From contig JABRVT010000055.1 of assembly GCA_040048245.1 (NCBI GenBank), positions 16,975-80,974 of the forward strand: a stretch of DNA of 64,000 bases, in the 5' to 3' direction. The notes beneath the pieces are model-generated. The model was given only the letters and a program-made list of their open reading frames with translations. It ran no database searches and was not told the DNA's origin. The translations under genes were made by a program, and so were the position numbers. Origin of the DNA: Candidatus Brocadia sp. (GTDB lineage Bacteria; Planctomycetota; Brocadiia; Brocadiales; Brocadiaceae). Positions 18,541-26,568 of the stretch are shown piece by piece. Each line of letters starts with the position of its first letter. The first letter of the stretch is position 1.

Positions 18541-20877
18541 TCAAGTGACATGATTCTTTTTTACTGCAATTGCCCCTAGCGGGCAGCACTTTTCAAATTC
18601 TGGTTTGATATCCCACCCGGATACCTTCCCGGCAATAATCTTTGCCTTATCATCAACAATATCCATGACGCCATCCGAATTTTCCACACAGATGCCACAA
18701 CCCACACACCGCCTCTGGTCCACACTTACCGTAATTTGTTCGCTGTCTTTCTGTAAATTTGCCCGATCAAGATACTGGATATGTTCCTGATCAGATATCA
18801 CGCCACCATACGTAGGAGAATGTTTTTTTACCTGCTGGCGGCCAGCCCGGTCGTAACGGAATATCGACCGTCCACATCGATCGCAGATGTGTAATTCCTG
18901 CAGCTTTTCGAGATAATCCATTACCGTTTGTACCACGGTAGCATGACTCCACGTCAGCGGAGAAACGGAGACAGGTTCTCCGTTATACGGATTTATCTGT
19001 TCTGCCAGCACGCCAGAAGGCAATGCGCGGGATACAGCCCATCGTAAATAATTTACCACGCGTTCGAGATCTTCGACAGACTTTGCAATTGACAAATAAT
19101 ATTGTGCTAACCACATGGTACAGATTATCCATGGATTTCCCGGAATCGTGTCATCATTTCCGACACGCTGGTACTGGTCATATTCATACCGCGCAATTCC
19201 GCCGATTTTTGTCCTGACCCATAAGACCTCTTCGATTGCCCTCATCGTGTTTTGTATCCTGGTGTCATTGGAATCATACACACCAAAGGCAAACATCCCA
19301 TACAGACTGGCATCGATTGTGGCATCGATTGCATATTCCCCTTCTTTTGTTGGATAGATCATCCGCAAAAATCTCTTGTGTTTCTCGCTGTAAAGATATT
19401 GATCGATTGCCTTTTTAATCTGCGCCGCAGTCTGTCTATATAATGCAGCCTTTCCGGTATGATAAAATATCTCAGAGAGGTTTGCGGCTGCCATCAGTCC
19501 GCCATATACGGTGGCTGCTGTAAATGACAGGATGCCACGCCTTTCTTCCCACAGGTCATAGGAAGGAAGCGGCAACCCTGTCTGTTCATCCCGGTAACTC
19601 ACGAGAAAGTCTGCTGCCTTTTCAACAAAGGAGTGATAGAGGGGGCGTATTTCATCAATCTTTCTGTACAGGTTGTAGTATTGCCATATAACCCAGAGAA
19701 TCAGGGCTGTTTCGTCTTCCTGGATAGGAACATGTATCTCTTCGCCCTTTACCCATGGATGCCAGGAACTGCCAAAAGAACCGTCCGGATTATACTTGTG
19801 CAGCAGGAACCCATCCTGCACCATAACGCTTGCACAGAAATTGTAAGGAGCGATTATATTTGCACAAAAGTTAAAGAAATTCCGGCATGTGGTAGTATAT
19901 CCCGCCTTCATCAGCGCGTAGGACACCAGCGCACCGTCCCTGGGCCACATATAACTATAGGTATCCTTTGCATATTGCCGGATATCCGAATCATTTGCAG
20001 CAATAATGGCGCCTCCGCTATCAATTTGTGTCATGAGAACCAGCAAACTCCTTTTAAAAAGATCAATCACATCTGCCGGCAGGTTTCCAAAGTTAAATTC
20101 CTCTTTATTTACCCAGTGGAACCAGTAACTTGCTGTCCTGTCAATAATCTTCTGTGGTTTCTCGCTTAAAACAATGTCGTTCAGGTCATCAACCTCACCG
20201 TAATTCCTGCCTGCGGTAATCCAGTAATATACAACAGATTCCCCGAGAGCCTGAATTTTCAGCGGTATACCGATTGTTGAATCTACTGACCCCTGTGCTA
20301 TGGGATTCCCCCCCAGAATACCATCCTCGGCATCACGCCATGTCCCCTCAGCGCCACGATGCCTCTTAATCCCGGTTGCGTATTCTCTTACACCCCACAC
20401 ATCCCCGGCAGAACAGTTCACCAAAAAGTATCTTGGGCCTTTATAATGAATAAGACAATTCAGCTTTGCATCATAAAATACCGTGTCTCCAATCTCGTTC
20501 TCCATTACACTCAGGTCCTGATGAAAGAAAAGCCGGACATCTCTTTCCCTGTTTTTTAGATTCCGGACGGTTACCTTGCGCATATAGATATTCTTCTCGA
20601 AATCAACAACATCATTGCAGGTAAGCTGGAGACCCAGATTTTCGTGAAATGCTCGTACGTTTGTCACGAGGGTTTCTTTTTGGTATCCAAGGGAAAGCTT
20701 CCAATCCAGCGTGTTGACCCATGAATACCCTTCACGGGTCCATACGCCAAACCTGCTTGGATTTCCCAGGGCGTGATTTTCCTTTCCTACGCGCGGGTAA
20801 TAGAGATCACGAATGGTATAGTCAGCATCAAATGCGACCAATAATGAACCGTTACCAACGGGGATATCTCTGGGCAC
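18541..20877 (-). CDS. Glycoside hydrolase family 15 (glucoamylase-like) fused to a C-terminal ferredoxin-like domain
   Basis: YSYMWPRDG, QEDETA, YDLWEER, GVLAEQ, PLTWSHA GH15 motifs; C-terminal CVGCGIC...CCPLGAI. Confidence 0.88.
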   Translation of the reverse strand: MPRDIPVGNGSLLVAFDADYTIRDLYYPRVGKENHALGNPSRFGVWTREGYSWVNTLDWKLSLGYQKETLVTNVRAFHENLGLQLTCNDVVDFEKNIYMRKVTVRNLKNRERDVRLFFHQDLSVMENEIGDTVFYDAKLNCLIHYKGPRYFLVNCSAGDVWGVREYATGIKRHRGAEGTWRDAEDGILGGNPIAQGSVDSTIGIPLKIQALGESVVYYWITAGRNYGEVDDLNDIVLSEKPQKIIDRTASYWFHWVNKEEFNFGNLPADVIDLFKRSLLVLMTQIDSGGAIIAANDSDIRQYAKDTYSYMWPRDGALVSYALMKAGYTTTCRNFFNFCANIIAPYNFCASVMVQDGFLLHKYNPDGSFGSSWHPWVKGEEIHVPIQEDETALILWVIWQYYNLYRKIDEIRPLYHSFVEKAADFLVSYRDEQTGLPLPSYDLWEERRGILSFTAATVYGGLMAAANLSEIFYHTGKAALYRQTAAQIKKAIDQYLYSEKHKRFLRMIYPTKEGEYAIDATIDASLYGMFAFGVYDSNDTRIQNTMRAIEEVLWVRTKIGGIARYEYDQYQRVGNDDTIPGNPWIICTMWLAQYYLSIAKSVEDLERVVNYLRWAVSRALPSGVLAEQINPYNGEPVSVSPLTWSHATVVQTVMDYLEKLQELHICDRCGRSIFRYDRAGRQQVKKHSPTYGGVISDQEHIQYLDRANLQKDSEQITVSVDQRRCVGCGICVENSDGVMDIVDDKAKIIAGKVSGWDIKPEFEKCCPLGAIAVKKNHVT

Positions 20878-20970
20878 CGTTGTCTTCCTTCAGATAATAG
20901 TACTCTATAAAAACATTGTAACAGTTTAGTTTTTTGAAAAATTCCAGTGACGATGTGGATATCATGTGCT

Positions 20971-20998
20971 ATAGTGGTAATTCATGAATTGCCACTAT
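20971..20998. repeat. 28-bp palindrome family GTAGWGGCAATTCATGAATTGCCWCTAC
   Basis: Copies at 20971-20998, 32193-32220, 42569-42596 (perfect) and 57563-57588 (with an internal deletion); all intergenic. Confidence 0.85.
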
Positions 20999-21155
20999 AT
21001 AATAATTGCCTCTAAGGCAGTTATAATTCTTAACGCCATTTTACTTGTTCGCTTAAGGAGACGGTATGTGATAGACAGTTGATAATAAAATTTATCACTT
21101 TTTGCTTACTGCCTGCCACATCTTTTTGGTTGTATCAGTACTGCGCTATGCATAA

Positions 21156-21821
21156 TTATTCCACTTTCCAGCCTTCTTCGCCAATCAACGGTACAAAGGC
21201 GCACTCCAGAATATCCATGCTTTTAATTCCCTTTTCCGTCTTAACCACCTGGTGTAATATTTGATTATAAGGATTTCCAACGGGTATTACCAGTCGCCCG
21301 CCAGTTTCAAGCTGATCCAATAAACACGCCGGGACGTGAGGCGCACAGGCCGTAACAATAATTCCTTGAAAAGGCGCCTTTTCCGGCAATCCCAGACTTC
21401 CATCTCCTTCGATGACGTCGACATTATCATATCCCATTTGTTGTAAAATAGTTTTTGCTCTTGATGCAAGGGCCGAATGCCGTTCGATTGTGTAAACATG
21501 ACTTGCCAACCTGCTCAGTATCGCGGCCTGGTATCCTGAACCGGTTCCTATTTCTAATACATTCTCTTTCCCTTTTAGTTCGAGACACTGCGTCATAATG
21601 GCTACCATATAGGGTTGCGAGATGGTCTGTCCTTCACCGATGGGTAAGGGGCAATCCTCATACGCAGCATGTCGGTATAATTCAGGTACAAACAGGTGCC
21701 TGGGTACTTCAGACATCGCCTTCAGCACGCGTTCATCGTGAATACCGCGGTTTACGAGCTGGTATTGCACCATCTGAAACCTGTCAGCAGTATATTTGTC
21801 GGTGTTTTGTGAAGTATCCAC
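21156..21821 (-). CDS. pcm: Protein-L-isoaspartate O-methyltransferase
   Basis: VPRHLFV, GQTISQPY, VLEIGTGSGY, GDGSLG, FVPLIG. Confidence 0.95.
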   Translation of the reverse strand: MDTSQNTDKYTADRFQMVQYQLVNRGIHDERVLKAMSEVPRHLFVPELYRHAAYEDCPLPIGEGQTISQPYMVAIMTQCLELKGKENVLEIGTGSGYQAAILSRLASHVYTIERHSALASRAKTILQQMGYDNVDVIEGDGSLGLPEKAPFQGIIVTACAPHVPACLLDQLETGGRLVIPVGNPYNQILHQVVKTEKGIKSMDILECAFVPLIGEEGWKVE

Positions 21822-21995
21822 AGTGCACCTTGATTAAATAACATTTTCAAAAGTATTTATTGAGTTTATCCCTCATACTCTTTTTCAAACAGGTCTAAAT
21901 AAAGTATTTGCCTTCGATTCTTAAGTATTGCTAAATTAACATTGTTACAATTTAGCTTTTTGAAAAACCTTAATAAAAACCAGATTTTACCGTCT

Positions 21996-22047
21996 GTGTA
22001 GCCCGAACTTCAGTTTGCAGGAAAGCGACATAAATGTCATGCTACAT
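21996..22047. repeat. REP-like GTAGC...GCTAC hairpin just after the MNT stop
   Basis: TGTAGCCCGAACTTCAGTTTG...GCGACATAAATGTCATGCTACA. Confidence 0.45.
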
Positions 22048-22052
22048 GTTCT

Positions 22053-22382
22053 TCACAGCATGACTTTTATTCCTTTGGCCTTAATTTCATCTCCTACAAA
22101 TGTGCCTTCCCTTTTTGTTTCAAACTCCTCTTCTGTATAGACTCTGACTTCAACTGGATCCATAATTTTGGCTTTTGCTAAAGCTAAACCGATAAACTCA
22201 AACCGTCTTAACAAATTCATATCTTTAAAGTCATTGGAAATTACGGCAATATCAATATCACTACATTTATTTGCGGTTCCTTTAGCGTAGGAACCAAACA
22301 AAATTATTTTATTAATATGGATTCCCATGGTTTCAAAAGCAAGCTTTACATCCCTTATAATTTGATGCAACCTTTTATCCAT
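22053..22382 (-). CDS. Minimal nucleotidyltransferase (MNT)
   Basis: LFGSYAKG...SDIDIAVIS Pol-beta-type motif; 109 aa; overlaps the HEPN gene. Confidence 0.9.
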   Translation of the reverse strand: MDKRLHQIIRDVKLAFETMGIHINKIILFGSYAKGTANKCSDIDIAVISNDFKDMNLLRRFEFIGLALAKAKIMDPVEVRVYTEEEFETKREGTFVGDEIKAKGIKVML

Positions 22383-22741
22383 TGAAAAATCTCCCTAGTT
22401 CTAACAAGATAAGTTTTAGCATTTGGTTCGTCATAACTTTTTACCAGTTCTTTAAAGTCTTCTGGGTATCGGGTTGGTATACTCACATCGCTTAATTTGC
22501 TTAAAAAATTGAACATATCTTCAGGTAATTCTAAACTGCTAAGTGAAACTAAATATCTTAAATTGTGAGTCTTAGGTGGTGTCTTCCCGGTAATTTCTTC
22601 GATTTTTGCTTTTAGCGCTTTTTCTATATCAAGGTGGCATGTGAAAATAGTATAGATATATCTTTCCGTATTATACATATGCTCAGCGGTTTCCAGATCA
22701 TACTGGGTAGAATCTAACCAGTTCTTAACCTCGTTTTTCAT
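22355..22741 (-). CDS. HEPN-domain protein (COG2250-type)
   Basis: W...DL..A, F.CH...EKALKA, PPKTHNL and TRYP; paired with MNT. Confidence 0.88.
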   Translation of the reverse strand: MKNEVKNWLDSTQYDLETAEHMYNTERYIYTIFTCHLDIEKALKAKIEEITGKTPPKTHNLRYLVSLSSLELPEDMFNFLSKLSDVSIPTRYPEDFKELVKSYDEPNAKTYLVRTREIFQWIKGCIKL

Positions 22742-22789
22742 TCTTGAAATATTTTTTTATTAATGAATATTTTAGGTTACTGAGTTTAT

Positions 22790-23404
22790 TTATTTCGTAT
22801 GCCTGATTGAAAAATAATTAATTGCTAATTGAAGTATCTTGTCCCAATTTCTTTTAACGAATTCTTTTACTTTAAATAATGCTGATTTTCCTTTCGCCTT
22901 TTCTGATTCATTTTGTAAATATTCGTTTGTATATTTAAAAGCTGAAAGGATTGTATCTTCCCATTGTGATCTGAATATTTTTAAGTTAAGATACGCGAAT
23001 GATCTCTTTTTACCTACTATTTTACTACTTGGATGAGGTAGTATTTCAAGGTAGAAATTAACATCAAGCCTCAGGTCAACGTCTGTACCTTTTCGTTTGT
23101 TTTCGATTTCTTTCATGTCAGAACGAGATAAAGGAAACTCAAATGTAATATCGGGATCGTGGTTAGAGTTTTTACTACTATAAGGATTGGGAATATCTGT
23201 CGCATTCGATTTCTTAAAATTTCCTAATAAGGAAAGATCACAATGAATTACTTCTATATTAAAATGTTGCTTTATCGATGATCCATTTATAGTCCTAGGG
23301 CCGAGATGTAATTTGGCAGGAATATAAACAGTCGAGTTCGAAGCTGTAATTTTTGCAGCATCGATAGAAATAGTACCGTAGCTATAAGAACCATCGACTA
23401 GCAA
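22790..23404 (-). CDS. Hypothetical protein in an AT-rich island
   Basis: 204-aa open frame with no recognisable motif; in-frame ATG-CCT-TAA lies 5 codons upstream of the TTG start. Confidence 0.55.
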   Translation of the reverse strand: MLVDGSYSYGTISIDAAKITASNSTVYIPAKLHLGPRTINGSSIKQHFNIEVIHCDLSLLGNFKKSNATDIPNPYSSKNSNHDPDITFEFPLSRSDMKEIENKRKGTDVDLRLDVNFYLEILPHPSSKIVGKKRSFAYLNLKIFRSQWEDTILSAFKYTNEYLQNESEKAKGKSALFKVKEFVKRNWDKILQLAINYFSIRHTK

Positions 23405-23517
23405 ATTTGTTTAAGGCATTATAAACCTTTTTAGAATCGTATAAATTCAGGCAAGAATTGCTCGTTAATTCCCATAGTTCTTAACACTTGACAATATCTT
23501 TCTTAAAATACTTAGGA

Positions 23518-23700
23518 TCAGGTTCTTGATTTATTAGACTGCGAATAATTGGCAATACCAGTGAAACGAGAAAGTTTTGGAATTTTGCGTGGCTCTTCTT
23601 CTACAATAGTTATGAGCAGTTTTGCCTTTTTAAGAGGGGGCATGGCTTCTTTATAAATAATTTTACCATTTTCGTAATATGCCTCTATAGTTTTATACAT
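23518..23700 (-). CDS. Small DUF104/AF2212-like antitoxin-type protein, possibly truncated
   Basis: KTIEAYYENGKI N-terminus typical of the family; AGGA RBS. Confidence 0.6.
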   Translation of the reverse strand: MYKTIEAYYENGKIIYKEAMPPLKKAKLLITIVEEEPRKIPKLSRFTGIANYSQSNKSRT

Positions 23701-23806
23701 AATAAAATTCCTTTTTCTTCTCCACTACACAGTTGTCAATAAGTTTCAGGGTATCAGGGAAAAAAGGCAATTCAACTACCAAAAATCAAAGATCATTCAA
23801 GGCGGC

Positions 23807-25258
23807 CTACCCCTTAATGACGCACAACGGCTTTAGCTGAGCGACTTTTTTGCTGATGCCGGCGTGCTCCACAACATCCACTACTTCCGTTACGTCTTTG
23901 TATGCCTCGGGCACTTCTTCAACGAGCGTTGCCCGGCTATCAGCACGGACAAGGATTCCTTTTGCCTTCAATTCCTCGGCAATATTGCGTCCTTTGGTCG
24001 ATCTCGTAGCCTGGCCTCTGCTCATCACCCTTCCTGCTCCATGACAGGTACTGCCAAAGGTATCGGCATATGCCTTCTCAGTGCCTACAAGCACATAGGA
24101 ACAGCGTCCCATGTCCCCCGGTATCAATACAGGCTGACCCACAGATTTGTATGCATCGGGGGTATCAGGGTGTTGGGGTGGAAATGCACGCGTCGCCCCT
24201 TTCCGGTGGACGCACAATCGTCTCTTTTCGCCTTCTACGATATGATCTTCAAATTTGGCGATATTATGACACACATCATAGACGGGGGATATTTTGGACT
24301 CACTTGGGCCTATGTGCAATGCCCTTTCAAAAGATTCCCGGACCCAGTGCGTAATCATCTGTCGGTTGGCAAATGCATAGTTGGCTGCGCAAGCCATTGC
24401 TGCAAGATATTCCCGCCCTTCAGGAGAGTTAATCGGAGCACAACAGAGTTGCCGGTCGGGAAGTTCTATATTGTATTTCCGGGAGGCATTAATCATGACC
24501 CTGAGGAAGTCGTCGCATACCTGATAACCCAATCCTCTTGAGCCCGTGTGTACCACGATGGTAATCCCATCCTTTTCGAGTCCCAGCACACGGGCAATTT
24601 CTTCCTGATAAACCTCCGAGACATAGCCAACTTCTACAAAATGATTTCCGGAACCAAGGGTGCCTAATTGTGCCAGACCACGTTCTATGGCACGGTCTGA
24701 AATCAGTTCAGGGTCGGCACCTGGAATACACCCCTTTTCTTCGATATGATCCAGATCTTCTTTTGTGCCGTAGCCCTGAGAGACCGCCCAGCGTGCACCG
24801 TTCCTGAGAACACTTTTTACTTCCTGCTGAGAAAGTTTTAAATCCTTACGGTGAGATCCTACGCCAGACGGTATATTGGCAAACAGGGTATTTACCACAG
24901 ATTCCAGCTTATTGATAAGTTCTGCTCGATAAAGTCCTGTACTCAGCAATCTTACACCACAGTTGATATCATACCCCACACCGCCCGGAGAAACGACGCC
25001 TTCGTTCACGTCAAATGCCGCTACGCCCCCGATAGGGAAACCATATCCCCAATGGATATCCGGCATTGCGAGCGAATGTTTTATAATTCCAGGAAGAAAA
25101 GAGACGTTAATAACCTGCTGTAAACTTTCATCTTTCTGAATATCTTCCAGCATGTGCGCATCGGCATATACAATACCGTCCACCCGCATCTTGCCTTCCC
25201 TTGGAATTCGCCAGCGATAGTCATCTATCTTCTGAATTTTATATTTGTCATTTGTCAT
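23807..25258 (-). CDS. rtcB: RtcB RNA 3'-phosphate/cyclic-phosphate ligase
   Basis: MPDIHWGYGFPIG, GYDINCG, GSGNHF, HTGSRG, HRKGATR, HGAGR, EEVPEAYK. Confidence 0.96.
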   Translation of the reverse strand: MTNDKYKIQKIDDYRWRIPREGKMRVDGIVYADAHMLEDIQKDESLQQVINVSFLPGIIKHSLAMPDIHWGYGFPIGGVAAFDVNEGVVSPGGVGYDINCGVRLLSTGLYRAELINKLESVVNTLFANIPSGVGSHRKDLKLSQQEVKSVLRNGARWAVSQGYGTKEDLDHIEEKGCIPGADPELISDRAIERGLAQLGTLGSGNHFVEVGYVSEVYQEEIARVLGLEKDGITIVVHTGSRGLGYQVCDDFLRVMINASRKYNIELPDRQLCCAPINSPEGREYLAAMACAANYAFANRQMITHWVRESFERALHIGPSESKISPVYDVCHNIAKFEDHIVEGEKRRLCVHRKGATRAFPPQHPDTPDAYKSVGQPVLIPGDMGRCSYVLVGTEKAYADTFGSTCHGAGRVMSRGQATRSTKGRNIAEELKAKGILVRADSRATLVEEVPEAYKDVTEVVDVVEHAGISKKVAQLKPLCVIKG

Positions 25259-25292
25259 AACCAAACCCCCCTTTTTTATCTCTACGAAAGTG

Positions 25293-25363
25293 TTCAGCCG
25301 TCAGAGGTCGGCATCCGGCAAAATGGATTAACAATATATGGGTGAACGTCCGTTCGCCCATAT
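25293..25363. repeat. TCAGCCRTCAG..GGTCGGCAT repeat plus a GGGTGAAC-GTCC-GTTCGCCC hairpin between archease and rtcB
   Basis: The first motif recurs at 51639-51690; hairpin at 25336-25363. Confidence 0.5.
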
Positions 25364-25779
25364 TATATATCAAATATAATCCGCGCCTTCCATTTATTAT
25401 CTTCAAGAACGATTGATAAGCAATGATAGGTAACGGCCTTGATCCCGGTCTTAATTACATGTTTATCCTCACGAAATGCCTCTCCTCGTACAGTTGCGTT
25501 TAATTGATTATCCAGGATGTCTGTAATACAAAAATCCCTGAACAGGAGATTTTTGACATCGTGCAGGTACAATAATTCACTTAACCAGTTGACCATAAGT
25601 TGTTCTCTATCTATACCGGAAACGCTTATTGCATATTCGGCCGTACCTTCCACCTTAGATAAGTCTGCAATGATATCAAACAGTGCAAATGCAGCATTGG
25701 TAAATAGCTCCTGTAATGAATTGCCAAATACGTCAATTCCGATATCGGCAGTGTGGTTTATAAGGATATATTTTTCCAT
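25363..25779 (-). CDS. Archease (RtcB cofactor)
   Basis: MEKY..INHTADIGI, FTNAAFALF, WLSELLY, IKAVTYH, ARIIFDI; immediately upstream of rtcB. Confidence 0.93.
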   Translation of the reverse strand: MEKYILINHTADIGIDVFGNSLQELFTNAAFALFDIIADLSKVEGTAEYAISVSGIDREQLMVNWLSELLYLHDVKNLLFRDFCITDILDNQLNATVRGEAFREDKHVIKTGIKAVTYHCLSIVLEDNKWKARIIFDI

Positions 25780-26091
25780 TTTCAAGTCAGACACGGACAA
25801 AATAAGTTTGTCCATGCCACCTTTTGATATTGAAATTCCTTGAAATACGTGGTTCAATCTGCAAGATTGAACCAGCCCCTAGCCCTCTGGCTTTTGTATA
25901 ACTAATAGAAACGTCATAGAGCCATGGTTATTTCTCTGATGTGTTCCCTGATCGCTGAAAGTTAACAGATGCATTCCCGATTTTTTGTGACTTCTGCCAG
26001 GTTTTAATAAAACATACAGTAGTGTTAACCCTGTCAGGGTTGTTGGGTTGTTTTGCCCTGATCCCATGAAAGGTTACAAAAAATCTACACA

Positions 26092-26553
26092 CTACGGCAT
26101 GATAAAATCATGCTCAGGGTGTCTGATCGTGAGCACGGGACAGGGGGCCTTGCGAACCACCTTCTCTGCCACGCTGCCCATAATTGCGTGGGATAGACCC
26201 GTCCTGCCGTGCGTGCCAATAACAATCAGGTCAATCTTGTAGTCCCGGGAGGCCTTGATGATTTCGGCAAAAGGCACACCCTGTATAATAATGGCCTCAA
26301 CTGATATCCTACCTTTCGTATCTTCGCTCACACACCTGAGCAATCTCTCTCTCAGCTTGTCTATCGTTTCTGAGTCTACGATATTGACATTGTATAAATC
26401 CGGTTCATTAATGTCGTAGACACGAATATCCAGTACGTGCATCAAGTAAAGCTTTGCCTGGTATTTTTCAGCGAATTCGATCGCATATTTTAAGGCCATT
26501 TCCGAATAAACTGAGTAGTCAATCGGGCAGAGTATATTTTTTATGTTGATCAC
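26092..26553 (-). CDS. Universal stress protein (USP)
   Basis: NILCPIDYS, DLIVIGTHGRTG, GSVAEKVVRKAPCPVL. Confidence 0.93.
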   Translation of the reverse strand: MINIKNILCPIDYSVYSEMALKYAIEFAEKYQAKLYLMHVLDIRVYDINEPDLYNVNIVDSETIDKLRERLLRCVSEDTKGRISVEAIIIQGVPFAEIIKASRDYKIDLIVIGTHGRTGLSHAIMGSVAEKVVRKAPCPVLTIRHPEHDFIMP

Positions 26554-26568
26554 GTATCCCCTCTCCTC

